NCBI GenBank assembly: GCA_051859245.1
Contig: JBHYGA010000001.1
Location: 1,245,722-1,309,721 of the forward strand
Origin: Gemmatimonadaceae bacterium
GTDB lineage: Bacteria; Gemmatimonadota; Gemmatimonadetes; Gemmatimonadales; Gemmatimonadaceae
DNA: 64,000 nucleotides
Reading direction: 5' to 3'
Every line of letters begins with the position of its first letter. The first letter of the stretch is position 1. The notes under the pieces were generated by a model, which did no database searches, was not told the DNA's origin, and saw only the letters and a list, made by a program, of their open reading frames with translations. The position numbers and the translations under genes are program-made. This document shows positions 37,920-47,027 of the stretch, piece by piece.

Positions 37920-38300
37920 CTAGAGTCGCGGCGGCGGCGCGGTGGGAAAGTACGGAAGCACACTCCCGCGCGACGCGACGCGGTGATGTGTTGCGCGAAC
38001 AACTCGCTGGCCAGCGTTGGCGGCAGCGGCGCGCGAGCGAAACGCCGCGCGCTCGAGTGGTGGCGAGTCGCTTCGATCGGGGATCACCACGCCCGACGAC
38101 TGCGAGACCAGCACCGCGGCGGTTCGAGCAGGGCTGCGTAACGCGTGTTGTGACGACAGCGCGGATGCAGTGGCCCAGCCCGGATTCGAATCACTGGCTG
38201 CGGCAATCGCCAATGCACGCTCGCTCAGCGCCGTGGTCGGCGAACACGAGTGCGAAAAGGCGCCGAGCAGCGCGAGCCAGAGCAGGGAGATGCAACGCAT
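37920..38300 (-). CDS. Exported low-complexity protein ending in YFPTAPP (RAPP-like)
   Basis: Signal-like MRCISLLWLALLGAFSHSC; C-terminus HHRVASRGSVLPYFPTAPPPRL. Confidence 0.6.
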   Translation of the reverse strand: MRCISLLWLALLGAFSHSCSPTTALSERALAIAAASDSNPGWATASALSSQHALRSPARTAAVLVSQSSGVVIPDRSDSPPLERAAFRSRAAAANAGQRVVRATHHRVASRGSVLPYFPTAPPPRL

Positions 38301-38362
38301 TACAGCGAAAGCTATCGAACTGGACACGAACGGTGGTGGTGCACGGCGATTAGCTTGAGCAG

Positions 38363-39688
38363 ATGGGAGAAATCGTCACCGAAGTGATCGTCATCTTGAT
38401 TCTGCTCGTGATCAACGGCGTGTTCTCCATGTCCGAGTTGGCGGTCATGACAGCGCGTCGTACGCGGCTCGAGCATCGATCGGAAGAAGACGGCGATCTG
38501 GGCGCCCGGGCGGCGCTCGAACTCGCCGCACATCCAACGGCGTTCCTTTCCACGGTGCAGATCGGCATTACGCTTGTTGGCGTGCTGGCCGGTGCGTTTG
38601 GTGGCGCGGGTATTGCCGAGGTGCTCGCCGAGCAGATGCGCGGTGTGACATGGCTCGCGCCCTACGCGACTACGCTGGCGTTCGCGATTGTTGTGGCGGC
38701 GATCACATTTCTGTCGCTGATCATCGGTGAGTTGGTCCCCAAACGCATCGCGCTGAGCAATCCGGAACGTGTCGCCTCTCTGGTCTCACGACCCATGCGA
38801 GTTGTGGCCAGCTTTGGCGGCCCGGTGGTGCGCATGCTCACCAAAACCACGAATCTGGTGCTGCGCGTGCTGGGTCTGGGCACGGTGAGCGAAGCCGGTG
38901 TGACCGAGCAGGATATTCGCGCGATGGTCGAACAGGGCGCGGAATCCGGTGTCGTGCAAGAAGCCGAGCGCGCGATCGTGGAGAACACGTTCCGACTCGG
39001 CGATCGTGCGGTGGAGTCCATCATGACACCACGTCCGGATGTGCAGTGGGTGGATCTGGCGGACGGGCCAGACGCGGTACGCGTCCAGTTGGAAGAAGCG
39101 GTGCGTGATCGGTTTCTTGTGTGCGATGGCACGCTGGATCACGTGGTGGGATTGGTGCACGCCGAGGACATTGTATCGCGCCTTTTTGCCGGCGACGCCG
39201 TGCCGGATTCGGCCGGACTGCGCACGCTGGCACGTGAGTCGATCTTTGTGCCCGCCACCATGCCGGTGTTTGAAATGCTCGACCGCTTCCGTCAGTCGCG
39301 ACAGCACGCGGCGATTGTACTGGACGAATACGGGAGCGTCGCTGGACTGGTATCGCTGGATGATGTGCTCGAGGCTCTGATTGGCGAAGTGCCAGACGAC
39401 GCAGCCGATGAACTCGATTTTGTTCGCGCCGCTGACGGCTCGTGGATTGTGGACGCCACGGCCCCGCTCGATGAAGTCGAGAGCAACCTGGATCTCGAGA
39501 TCACTGAGGACGAGCGCGAAGAGATCCTGACCTTGGGCGGTTTTGTGATGGCACGGCTGGGACGCGTGCCTCGGGAGGGCGACATGTTCCAGTGGTCCGG
39601 TCGCACCGTGAAGGTGCTCAAAATGAAAGGCCGGCGAGTGGAGCGGGTCTCGATCAGCAGTTCGACAACCATACGAGACGAACAGTAG
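38363..39688 (+). CDS. Hemolysin-family/CNNM (DUF21-CBS-CorC) protein
   Basis: NGVFSMSELA, FLSTVQIGIT, GELVPK, IMTPR, DEYG, TLGGF. Confidence 0.93.
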   Translation: MGEIVTEVIVILILLVINGVFSMSELAVMTARRTRLEHRSEEDGDLGARAALELAAHPTAFLSTVQIGITLVGVLAGAFGGAGIAEVLAEQMRGVTWLAPYATTLAFAIVVAAITFLSLIIGELVPKRIALSNPERVASLVSRPMRVVASFGGPVVRMLTKTTNLVLRVLGLGTVSEAGVTEQDIRAMVEQGAESGVVQEAERAIVENTFRLGDRAVESIMTPRPDVQWVDLADGPDAVRVQLEEAVRDRFLVCDGTLDHVVGLVHAEDIVSRLFAGDAVPDSAGLRTLARESIFVPATMPVFEMLDRFRQSRQHAAIVLDEYGSVAGLVSLDDVLEALIGEVPDDAADELDFVRAADGSWIVDATAPLDEVESNLDLEITEDEREEILTLGGFVMARLGRVPREGDMFQWSGRTVKVLKMKGRRVERVSISSSTTIRDEQ

Positions 39689-39733
39689 ATTCTGGTAGCT
39701 CGTGGTCTGTTGTATCCCGCCTCCGGAGTGCTC

Positions 39734-40588
39734 ATGCGCAACATCCTGTCTCTCAGCACCGTCGTCTTGCTCGCCGGTTGCTCGCTCCTTGGCGGTCGGT
39801 CCACTTCCAGCGACGGCCCCGCGTCAACGCAACCGGTGACCATTGCGCCTGGTGCGGGCACCGCGCAGGCACGAATCGCCGCGTCACCACGCAGAGCGGA
39901 ATGGGTGGCGATCAAGGTTGGCGCCATCGATAGTGTGATGGCGTGGGTGGTGTATCCGTCGCGCACCGACAAGGCGGCGGTGGTTATCGCGTTGCACGAA
40001 AACACGGGCATTAATACATGGACCCGCTCGGTGGCCGATCAGTTGGCCGCAGACGGATTCATCGGGATCGCGCCCGACCTCACCACCATGTTCCGCGAAG
40101 GCGATCTCAAGGCGGATCCAACGTCTGATCTCGGGCGCGCGGCGATCGGAAAAGTGACGCCGGAAATTGGCACACGCATTCTTGACGCGGTGGCGAAGTA
40201 CGGCATGGCACTGCCAAACGCACTCCCGAAATACGGCATCGTTGGATTCTGCTGGGGCGGGGCGCGCTCGTTCCTGCACGCGACCACGTCACCCGCACTT
40301 GGTGCTTCGGTTGTGTACTACGGCTCGCCGCCAACACCAGAACAAATGCGTGCGATCAAAGCGCCCGTGCTCGGCTTGTATGGCGGCAACGACGCGCGGA
40401 TCAACGCCACGATCCCTGCCACCGATTCCACGATGAAGGCGCTCGGCAAGTCGTACGAGTCGCACATTTTCGAAGGCGCTGGGCACGGGTTCTTGCGAGC
40501 GCAAGACAACAATCCGGCGAACGCATCGGCGTCGGCGCAGGCGTGGCCGAAAACGATCGCATTCTTCAAACAACATCTCTCACGCTGA
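39734..40588 (+). CDS. Dienelactone hydrolase-family lipoprotein
   Basis: Lipobox LAGC; GFCWGG; AGHGF. Confidence 0.9.
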   Translation: MRNILSLSTVVLLAGCSLLGGRSTSSDGPASTQPVTIAPGAGTAQARIAASPRRAEWVAIKVGAIDSVMAWVVYPSRTDKAAVVIALHENTGINTWTRSVADQLAADGFIGIAPDLTTMFREGDLKADPTSDLGRAAIGKVTPEIGTRILDAVAKYGMALPNALPKYGIVGFCWGGARSFLHATTSPALGASVVYYGSPPTPEQMRAIKAPVLGLYGGNDARINATIPATDSTMKALGKSYESHIFEGAGHGFLRAQDNNPANASASAQAWPKTIAFFKQHLSR

Positions 40589-40601
40589 GATGATGCGTTC
40601 G

Positions 40602-40625
40602 GCGCGCGCGATCACTCGCGCGCGC
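40602..40625. terminator. Hairpin between convergent genes
   Basis: GCGCGCGCGA-TCAC-TCGCGCGCGC. Confidence 0.55.
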
Positions 40626-40637
40626 GCTGTCTCGCTC

Positions 40638-41165
40638 TTAGAATCCCCAGCCGATGGAGAGGCGCAGAATAGGTAACACCGCGCGGAAAGCCGGTCGATC
40701 CTCCGCGAAGAAAATGCGCGTTGCCCCTGCGCCCGCCGTCACGGCCACGCGTTCTTCTGCACCAAGCAGCCACTGACGCTCACCGGTGAAGCCAAGATTC
40801 ATGCCTACGCTGTTCTCACCGTTGTCTGCGTCTTCAGACAGGCGAACAAATCCGAGCACGGCACCGACAGACACACCGTCAAGCGCGCGTCCGCTCACGT
40901 AATAGCGAGCGCGTCCTTCCAGCGTGAGGTAGTCGGCTTTTGAAAAGTTGAAGCTCGCGAACGAGGCACCCAACGAAACGCTTGGGCCGACACGCTGCTC
41001 AATGTCGGCGGCGAGACTGCCTCGCACCACGAGCAGCACCGGGTTCACGCTCACGATGCGCGAGAAGCCCACGGGCTCATCAGAGAAGCTTTGCGCCGCC
41101 GCCAACGACGGCGACGCGGCAACGAGTAGCGAACAGGCAAGCGCAGAGAAAAATCCAGCGCGCAC
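40638..41165 (-). CDS. Small outer-membrane beta-barrel protein
   Basis: Signal peptide, alternating beta strands, terminal IGWGF. Confidence 0.8.
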   Translation of the reverse strand: MRAGFFSALACSLLVAASPSLAAAQSFSDEPVGFSRIVSVNPVLLVVRGSLAADIEQRVGPSVSLGASFASFNFSKADYLTLEGRARYYVSGRALDGVSVGAVLGFVRLSEDADNGENSVGMNLGFTGERQWLLGAEERVAVTAGAGATRIFFAEDRPAFRAVLPILRLSIGWGF

Positions 41166-41309
41166 ACGTACCTCCGAGTGAATACGAGTGAACTGCGAGC
41201 GAACATAAACTGCCTCGGCTGGAACTTAGCCTGTTCTCCTGGCGAAATTCCATCGTGCCCGCATGTGTAAATTAGCGGGAACCTCTCCCCGTGATTGACA
41301 CACGTACCT

Positions 41310-41843
41310 ATGCCACCGATTGTCCTCGAGCGCCGTCCTTCCCCACGCCACGGCGATGGCATGTTTGCCGCGGCGGCGATTCCACGGCACGCGTTAGTGA
41401 TTGAATACACCGGCGAACTCGTGTCGCACGAAACGGCGCAACAGCGCTACGCGGCAAACGATGCCCACGATCGGGCGCCGCACACGTTCGTATTGCAGCT
41501 CGATGACGACCGGGTCATTGACGCGAACGTTGGGGGCAACGATGCGCGGTACATCAATCACTCCTGCGAGCCGAATCTCGAACCGATTGTGATTGGAGAT
41601 GCGCTTTGGCTCGTCGCGCTGCGTGATATCGACGTTGGAGAAGAACTCGGCTACGACTACGCGATTGAGCTGGATGAGGTGCATACGCCGTCGGCGAAAC
41701 GACGCTTTCCGTGTGCCTGCGGTGCCGCAAGCTGCCGTGGTACGTTGCTCCGGCCAAAACGCACACCGCAGAGTGCACAGTCACGTGAGGCGCGGCGCGT
41801 GATTGCCGCGCGGGTGCGGGAGCTTGTGAGGCAAGCGCCCTGA
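41310..41843 (+). CDS. SET-domain protein-lysine methyltransferase with post-SET
   Basis: HGDGMFA, IEYTGE, ARYINHSCEPN, GEELGYDY, CACGAASCRG. Confidence 0.93.
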   Translation: MPPIVLERRPSPRHGDGMFAAAAIPRHALVIEYTGELVSHETAQQRYAANDAHDRAPHTFVLQLDDDRVIDANVGGNDARYINHSCEPNLEPIVIGDALWLVALRDIDVGEELGYDYAIELDEVHTPSAKRRFPCACGAASCRGTLLRPKRTPQSAQSREARRVIAARVRELVRQAP

Positions 41844-41879
41844 CGCACGTACTCGCCGCGGTGTCGTCGACTGCATGAA

Positions 41880-41902
41880 CGCGCAGTCGCAGCGACTGCG
41901 CG
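41880..41902. terminator. Inverted repeat between convergent genes
   Basis: CGCGCAGTCGC-A-GCGACTGCGCG. Confidence 0.55.
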
Positions 41903-41903
41903 A

Positions 41904-44276
41904 CTATTGCAGTCGAAACAGATAGCTGAACTTGGTGAAGAACGCGTCGCGCGTACGGGTCAGGCGATCTGGACCGATGGGTTCGTCTGCGCGGCGCTGG
42001 TCGCCGTAGCCAAAGAACAGCACCGTACCCGGCGTGGGCAGATAGGAGAAGAGCACATCGAGCCGCGTGGCCGAACGTTTGAACGCCGCCGCGCGCGTGA
42101 GGGTACCGTTGCTGGCGCGGTAGTACACCGGAAGGTTGGTGCGAGAATCATCGCGCAACGAGTCCTGGTCTGTGACCGCATGCTCACCGATCACACGAAA
42201 GAAAATCTGCCGCGTAATCTGGTACTCTGCGCGCACGCGCCGTGTGAATCGGCGCTGCACTTGCGTGCGGTCACTCACGCGATTGAACGTGTCGTCATTC
42301 ACGGTGGCCGAAATGCGTAACTGATCGGTTGGGCGCAGATTCAACGCGCCCTGCAAAATCCGAACGCCCGCCGAGCTCCACTCGGGAAAGTTCTCGTCGC
42401 GTCCGATAATCCCGAAAAAGTTGAACGAAAAGCGTTTGAATTCGGGTGAGGTAATCGACATCACCCAATCGAGGTTCGGCAGCATGGGCGTGCCGGTGTA
42501 ACCCGTGGTATCCACGCCGCCTCCCGCGCGCGGCACAAGCAACGCGTAGTTCGCGTAGAGCGACGGATCATAGCCGAACTCTTCGATCAGCACCTGCGCA
42601 CCAAACTGCCAGCCACCGCGGAATCGCGTGTTGGTGCGAAAGTGAATCTGCGCGTCCTGCGCGTGACGACGATTGACAATGTCGGTGTATTGCCAGCGGC
42701 CCAGCATATACACTTCAGGCACAAAGGCCTCAACCAACGCACCAGGCGCGCCGAACCATGTGTAGCGATGCGTGGCCTGCAGGTTCGAGATTCCGGGACG
42801 CGCAATGAATCCGGACTGTGCATCAAAATCCGGGCTGATACCGTTGAACGCGTAACGTGCGTAGTACTTGCGTCCGGTAAAGTTGGCCGAAAGATCCCAG
42901 AGCGGCGCGGAGTTCGTGTCGTCGCCGTTGCCCGTGAGTGAGCCGGCCAGCTGCCCTTGTGCACTGAAAATGCCGCGTACAAACCGACCGTCTACGCCAA
43001 GGACACGATTCCATCGATCGCCTTCGATTTTATCCGTGTAGACCAGTCCCATGCGACTGGTGGTGCCAAGGTCACGCTGAATGCGCACAATATTGTAAAG
43101 CGGTGTTTCACGCTGATTGTATGATCCATCGCGACTGTCCACGGCTGACAGCACGCCAATGTCATAGCCATTGTGTTTACCCGTCAGCTTGGCGGAGGCA
43201 ATCGGCTGCGTGATTCGCCGCGTGTAGATCAGGCGATTCGGCGTGGTGAACTGCTCCTGGCTCTCCAAAAAGAACGGTCGTCGTTCGGCGAAAAAGATCG
43301 CGCTTCGCGGATCGAACGTGTATTGCGTGGCATCTGCTTCGACCTGGCTGAAATCGGGATTCGCCGTGCCGGAGAGTGTGAGGTTGCTGGTGATACCCCA
43401 GCGCGCGCTGCCCCCGATTTCGGGGCGTGTCGCGTCATAGTTCCAGCGAGTGGTGCCGGGCGTGGGTGCGCCGTTGGCAACCGCCGTGATCGTTGGAATC
43501 ACATCAACGGTCAAGCCGCGTTGCAAATCCCGCAATCCGGTGAGCGTTCCTGATTGTGCGAGAAAACTTGCCGCCGCTCGAAGGGCGGGCGCCCAGCTTT
43601 GTTCGTGTCCGGTCAGCTGAACCGTTCGAATCACGTTGAGTTGCCACTTTTGCTCGTCCCCTGCACGATAGCGCAAACTCTTGAACGGAATGGACATCTC
43701 CACTTCATATCCGAAGTCCGTGACCCGCCCCTTTGATTTCCACACATAGTCAGGCGCAAGGTCAACGCTTTCGCGCGTGCGCGGCGTGCTGCTGGTAAAT
43801 CCGCCGCCGCTTTGCGCGCCGGTTTCGTTGATGACGCCGTCGCTCTGAATGCCGAGCGGATTCACACCGAACACCAGCGCTTGCCGACTGTCGCTGTAGG
43901 TGCCGAGGAACACCTGAATATTGTCGTCTTGTGTGATGCGGTCTCGGTCGGCAAGGTTAGCGCGCACGGTGCCTTGAGGCGCATATGCGCGTACTCCGAT
44001 GTGCAGCGCCGTGGCGGAATACCACACAAACACTTCCGTGCTGTCGCGCGCGTCCACGCCATCCGTGGGGAAGTACTGCGAGAATCCGGTGAGCACCGCG
44101 GCGTCGCGCCACGGCGCTTCGTCCAACACACCGTCAACATTGGGAGCGGCGTCTATTCGTGGCGTGGGCACCGAGGTGGCCCCGCGTCGACCATCGAAGA
44201 CCGGACCGGGTTCACTGGGGCGCGTGCCGGGGAGGGAGTCGGCCAACGCAAGACTGAGGAGGAGGGCGGGGAGCAT
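41904..44276 (-). CDS. CBM9-like/DUF5916 outer-membrane protein
   Basis: DGVLDEAPW, NPLGIQSD, EMSIPFKSLRY, NPDFSQVEAD, ERRPFFLE, TKFSYLF. Confidence 0.85.
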   Translation of the reverse strand: MLPALLLSLALADSLPGTRPSEPGPVFDGRRGATSVPTPRIDAAPNVDGVLDEAPWRDAAVLTGFSQYFPTDGVDARDSTEVFVWYSATALHIGVRAYAPQGTVRANLADRDRITQDDNIQVFLGTYSDSRQALVFGVNPLGIQSDGVINETGAQSGGGFTSSTPRTRESVDLAPDYVWKSKGRVTDFGYEVEMSIPFKSLRYRAGDEQKWQLNVIRTVQLTGHEQSWAPALRAAASFLAQSGTLTGLRDLQRGLTVDVIPTITAVANGAPTPGTTRWNYDATRPEIGGSARWGITSNLTLSGTANPDFSQVEADATQYTFDPRSAIFFAERRPFFLESQEQFTTPNRLIYTRRITQPIASAKLTGKHNGYDIGVLSAVDSRDGSYNQRETPLYNIVRIQRDLGTTSRMGLVYTDKIEGDRWNRVLGVDGRFVRGIFSAQGQLAGSLTGNGDDTNSAPLWDLSANFTGRKYYARYAFNGISPDFDAQSGFIARPGISNLQATHRYTWFGAPGALVEAFVPEVYMLGRWQYTDIVNRRHAQDAQIHFRTNTRFRGGWQFGAQVLIEEFGYDPSLYANYALLVPRAGGGVDTTGYTGTPMLPNLDWVMSITSPEFKRFSFNFFGIIGRDENFPEWSSAGVRILQGALNLRPTDQLRISATVNDDTFNRVSDRTQVQRRFTRRVRAEYQITRQIFFRVIGEHAVTDQDSLRDDSRTNLPVYYRASNGTLTRAAAFKRSATRLDVLFSYLPTPGTVLFFGYGDQRRADEPIGPDRLTRTRDAFFTKFSYLFRLQ

Positions 44277-44409
44277 AGGCCAGAGACTATGTGTCAGACG
44301 AGTCGCGCGCGAGAGGGACCGCTACCAATAGGGACGAATCGCACGGTATCTTCTTCCAAATGGAGATTCCGTGTCGTCTTCCGACCTGTGGTGCCACAGC
44401 TCGTGCACA

Positions 44410-44982
44410 ATGAGTGACGACCGTGATCGCGAGATACGCTCGCCTGGGTGGCGGCGTTGGGTGACCTGGACAAACCTGTTCGTGCTGGCGGTGGCGATCT
44501 GGGCGGCGCCGCGGCTGCTGCCGCATCTGGGCGCGGTGTTTGGAGTGCGCAGTGGTGAGGCGCTGCGCCCGGTGTATTCCGTCACGACACGTGACGGTCA
44601 CCTCGTCACGCAGGACAGCCTTCGCGGGCGCGCGGTGCTGGTGAATGTGTGGGCCACGTGGTGTGCGCCCTGTCGCGTGGAGATGCCGGCGCTGCAACAA
44701 ATTGCCAATCAATACGCGAACGACGGGCTTGTCGTGCTTGGGCTGTCGGTTGACCGCGGACCAGCATCTGAGGTCGACGCGTTTCTTGCCGAGCGAAAGA
44801 TCTCCTATCCGGTTGCGATTGTTGATGATCGCACGATCGCCGCGCTCGGCGGCGTGCGGGGGTACCCAACGAGTTTTTTACTCGACCGGAACGGCGTCGT
44901 GCAACATCGCGTGCTAGGGCCGATTGGAGTGGTCAGTTTGCGACCGGCGATTGGTCGGGTGCTTGCCGATCCAGCGCCGTAA
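44410..44982 (+). CDS. TlpA-family thiol-disulfide reductase
   Basis: N-terminal TM; NVWATWCAPCRVEMP; GYPTSF. Confidence 0.92.
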   Translation: MSDDRDREIRSPGWRRWVTWTNLFVLAVAIWAAPRLLPHLGAVFGVRSGEALRPVYSVTTRDGHLVTQDSLRGRAVLVNVWATWCAPCRVEMPALQQIANQYANDGLVVLGLSVDRGPASEVDAFLAERKISYPVAIVDDRTIAALGGVRGYPTSFLLDRNGVVQHRVLGPIGVVSLRPAIGRVLADPAP

Positions 44983-45047
44983 ATATTTCGTGAGTGATCG
45001 CGTCGTGTGCGTGATCAGTCCTTCGCTGTGAACTTCTAAACGAACTC

Positions 45048-46160
45048 ATGTCATCATCTGTTGCTCCTGCGACCCGTTTGCTACAACAGGTTCGAATTGC
45101 TGCCACCGATTCTGTGCTCTATTTCCATCCGGAATCGAGTGCCACAGTTGCCATGGGTGCGCGCGCAGCTGACAACGGTCGCGTGGTGGTGTCGCACCGT
45201 CGGTGGCCGGTGGTGACTCAGCTGAGACGAGACCTTGAACTGGTTGGTCTCGCGCAGGTGCAGGTGCATCATGCGCACGGATTGGCGAAATGGTTCTCGG
45301 CCGTCGCTGCGCAGGATAAGACGTTCGATCTGGTGGTGATTCGTTTGCCATCGGAGCGCGTCGCGTTCTATCAGCTGGTGCTTGATGCCGTGCAGGTGCT
45401 GAAGCCTGGCGGACGTTGTGTGGTGGTGGGCGGTAATGAAGAGGGCGTGAAGCCTGCCGCGAATGTGCTGGAGGGTGTGTTCGGCAAGTGTGCCGTGATG
45501 GGTCATGCAGGCGGGCATCGTTTGTTGATGAGCGTTCGAGGCGAACGTGTTGATCTCTCCGCGCTTCAGCCGCTCGTTGCGCCGTTCGATGACGTTCAGG
45601 CCTTCATGGAAGTCTCGCATGTACTGCGTGGATCGCCGCTCTCCGTGTTCACACGCCCCGGCGTGTTTTCGTGGGAGCATCTTGATGAAGCCACGGCGAC
45701 GCTCGTTGAACACATGCACGTTCCGGAGCGAGCCGATGTGCTGGACCTTGGCTGTGGCGCCGGTGTGCTCGGCGCGGTTGCTGGCCGTCTCCTGAAACAG
45801 GGCACCGTGACGCTGGTGGATGCCGACAGTGAAGCGATTCGCTGCGCGACGGGCACCATGACTTGTTCAGGCACAACTCAGTGGCGAGTGCTGGCGAGTG
45901 ACGTCTGCGAAGCTGTTCGTGACGAACGTTTTGATCTCGTGCTATGCAATCCACCGTTTCACGTTGGCAAAACAACGGACCTGTCGCTCCCCGTGCGGTT
46001 TATCGAAGAAGCCGCGCAGGTGTTGCGGCCAGGTGGCACGCTGCAACTGGTGGCCAACCGCAAACTTCCCTACGAGTGGGAGCTGGAACGCGTGTTTGGT
46101 AATCGACGCACCGTGTTCGATGGCAACCGCTTCAAGGTGCTTTCCGCGACGCGCGAGTAG
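45048..46160 (+). CDS. rsmC: RsmC-like small methyltransferase
   Basis: TRPGVFS..LD, LDLGCGAG, NPPFH, LQLVANR.LPY. Confidence 0.75.
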   Translation: MSSSVAPATRLLQQVRIAATDSVLYFHPESSATVAMGARAADNGRVVVSHRRWPVVTQLRRDLELVGLAQVQVHHAHGLAKWFSAVAAQDKTFDLVVIRLPSERVAFYQLVLDAVQVLKPGGRCVVVGGNEEGVKPAANVLEGVFGKCAVMGHAGGHRLLMSVRGERVDLSALQPLVAPFDDVQAFMEVSHVLRGSPLSVFTRPGVFSWEHLDEATATLVEHMHVPERADVLDLGCGAGVLGAVAGRLLKQGTVTLVDADSEAIRCATGTMTCSGTTQWRVLASDVCEAVRDERFDLVLCNPPFHVGKTTDLSLPVRFIEEAAQVLRPGGTLQLVANRKLPYEWELERVFGNRRTVFDGNRFKVLSATRE

Positions 46161-46881
46161 CGCGCGCCGCTTCGAGAGCGACATGCAGCGATTCACGCTC
46201 GCTCGCCGAGAGCACGCGCCACTCGCCCTCGCGCACACCATCGAGTGTGATCGGTCCAAACGCGTCGCGATGTAATGTCTGCACGTGGTTTCCCACCGCG
46301 GCGAACATCCGTCGCACCTGATGATAGCGGCCTTCTGTAATGGTCACGCGGGCGACACGCGGCTCGAGCAGTTCCAGCGTGGCGGGCAGCAGCGGTGTGT
46401 TCTCTCCGGTCAGCAGGAGAGTGCCGCTGGCAAATACCTCCGCTGCGTCCTCCCGCAGCGATTCGGCCAGATGCGCCACGTAGCGCTTGGGCAGGTGTGA
46501 CTTTGGCGACGTGAGACGATGCAGCAGCTGGCCGTCGTCTGTAAACAGCAAGAGACCGGTGGTATCGCGATCCAGACGCCCCACTGGTGACATGATCGGG
46601 GAGCGTTCACGGAAACGAGACGGCAGCAGATCGTAGACGAGCGGATTTTGATCTTCTGTAGAGCACACCATGCCCGCGGGCTTGTGCAGAAGAATCACCG
46701 CGCCGGGAGGCGGGTCGAGCGGCAGCCCCATCACGCGAAGGTCGTCATGGGGTGGCACAGCCTGCGCGCTGTCGCGCAACACGCTGCCATTGGCGAGCGT
46801 GATCTGCTGGCTTTCGAGCATACGTTCCAACTCGCGCTTGGTGCCGTAACCAAGATTCGAGAGATAGCGGGCCAGTTTCAT
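46132..46881 (-). CDS. rsuA: RsuA-family pseudouridine synthase
   Basis: HKPAG, GRLDRDTTGLLL, EGRYHQVRRMF. Confidence 0.9.
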   Translation of the reverse strand: MKLARYLSNLGYGTKRELERMLESQQITLANGSVLRDSAQAVPPHDDLRVMGLPLDPPPGAVILLHKPAGMVCSTEDQNPLVYDLLPSRFRERSPIMSPVGRLDRDTTGLLLFTDDGQLLHRLTSPKSHLPKRYVAHLAESLREDAAEVFASGTLLLTGENTPLLPATLELLEPRVARVTITEGRYHQVRRMFAAVGNHVQTLHRDAFGPITLDGVREGEWRVLSASERESLHVALEAARATRASRKAP

Positions 46882-46930
46882 GCGATGGCCCGGTCGGGAA
46901 GCGTGTTGCGTGTCATCACACAACGTACAC

Positions 46931-46964
46931 AAAAGGCGCGCGCCCGTGGAGTCGGGCGCGCGCC
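46931..46964 (-). terminator. Intrinsic terminator of TonB receptor gene
   Basis: 12-bp stem GGCGCGCGCCCG/CGGGCGCGCGCC followed by TTTT on minus strand. Confidence 0.7.
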
Positions 46965-47027
46965 AGTGTCCGGCGAGCGGAAGCGGTCGCAGTGCGGCGA
47001 GCGCAGTCTGCCGCAGTCTACCGAAGT

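Noticed and set aside
38171..38200. TGG...GGATTCGAA resembling a minus-strand tRNA end
   Set aside because: T-stem does not pair and the sequence lies inside a CDS
46132..46160. Convergent 3' overlaps (also 55963-55991)
   Set aside because: Short tail overlaps are common in compact high-GC genomes
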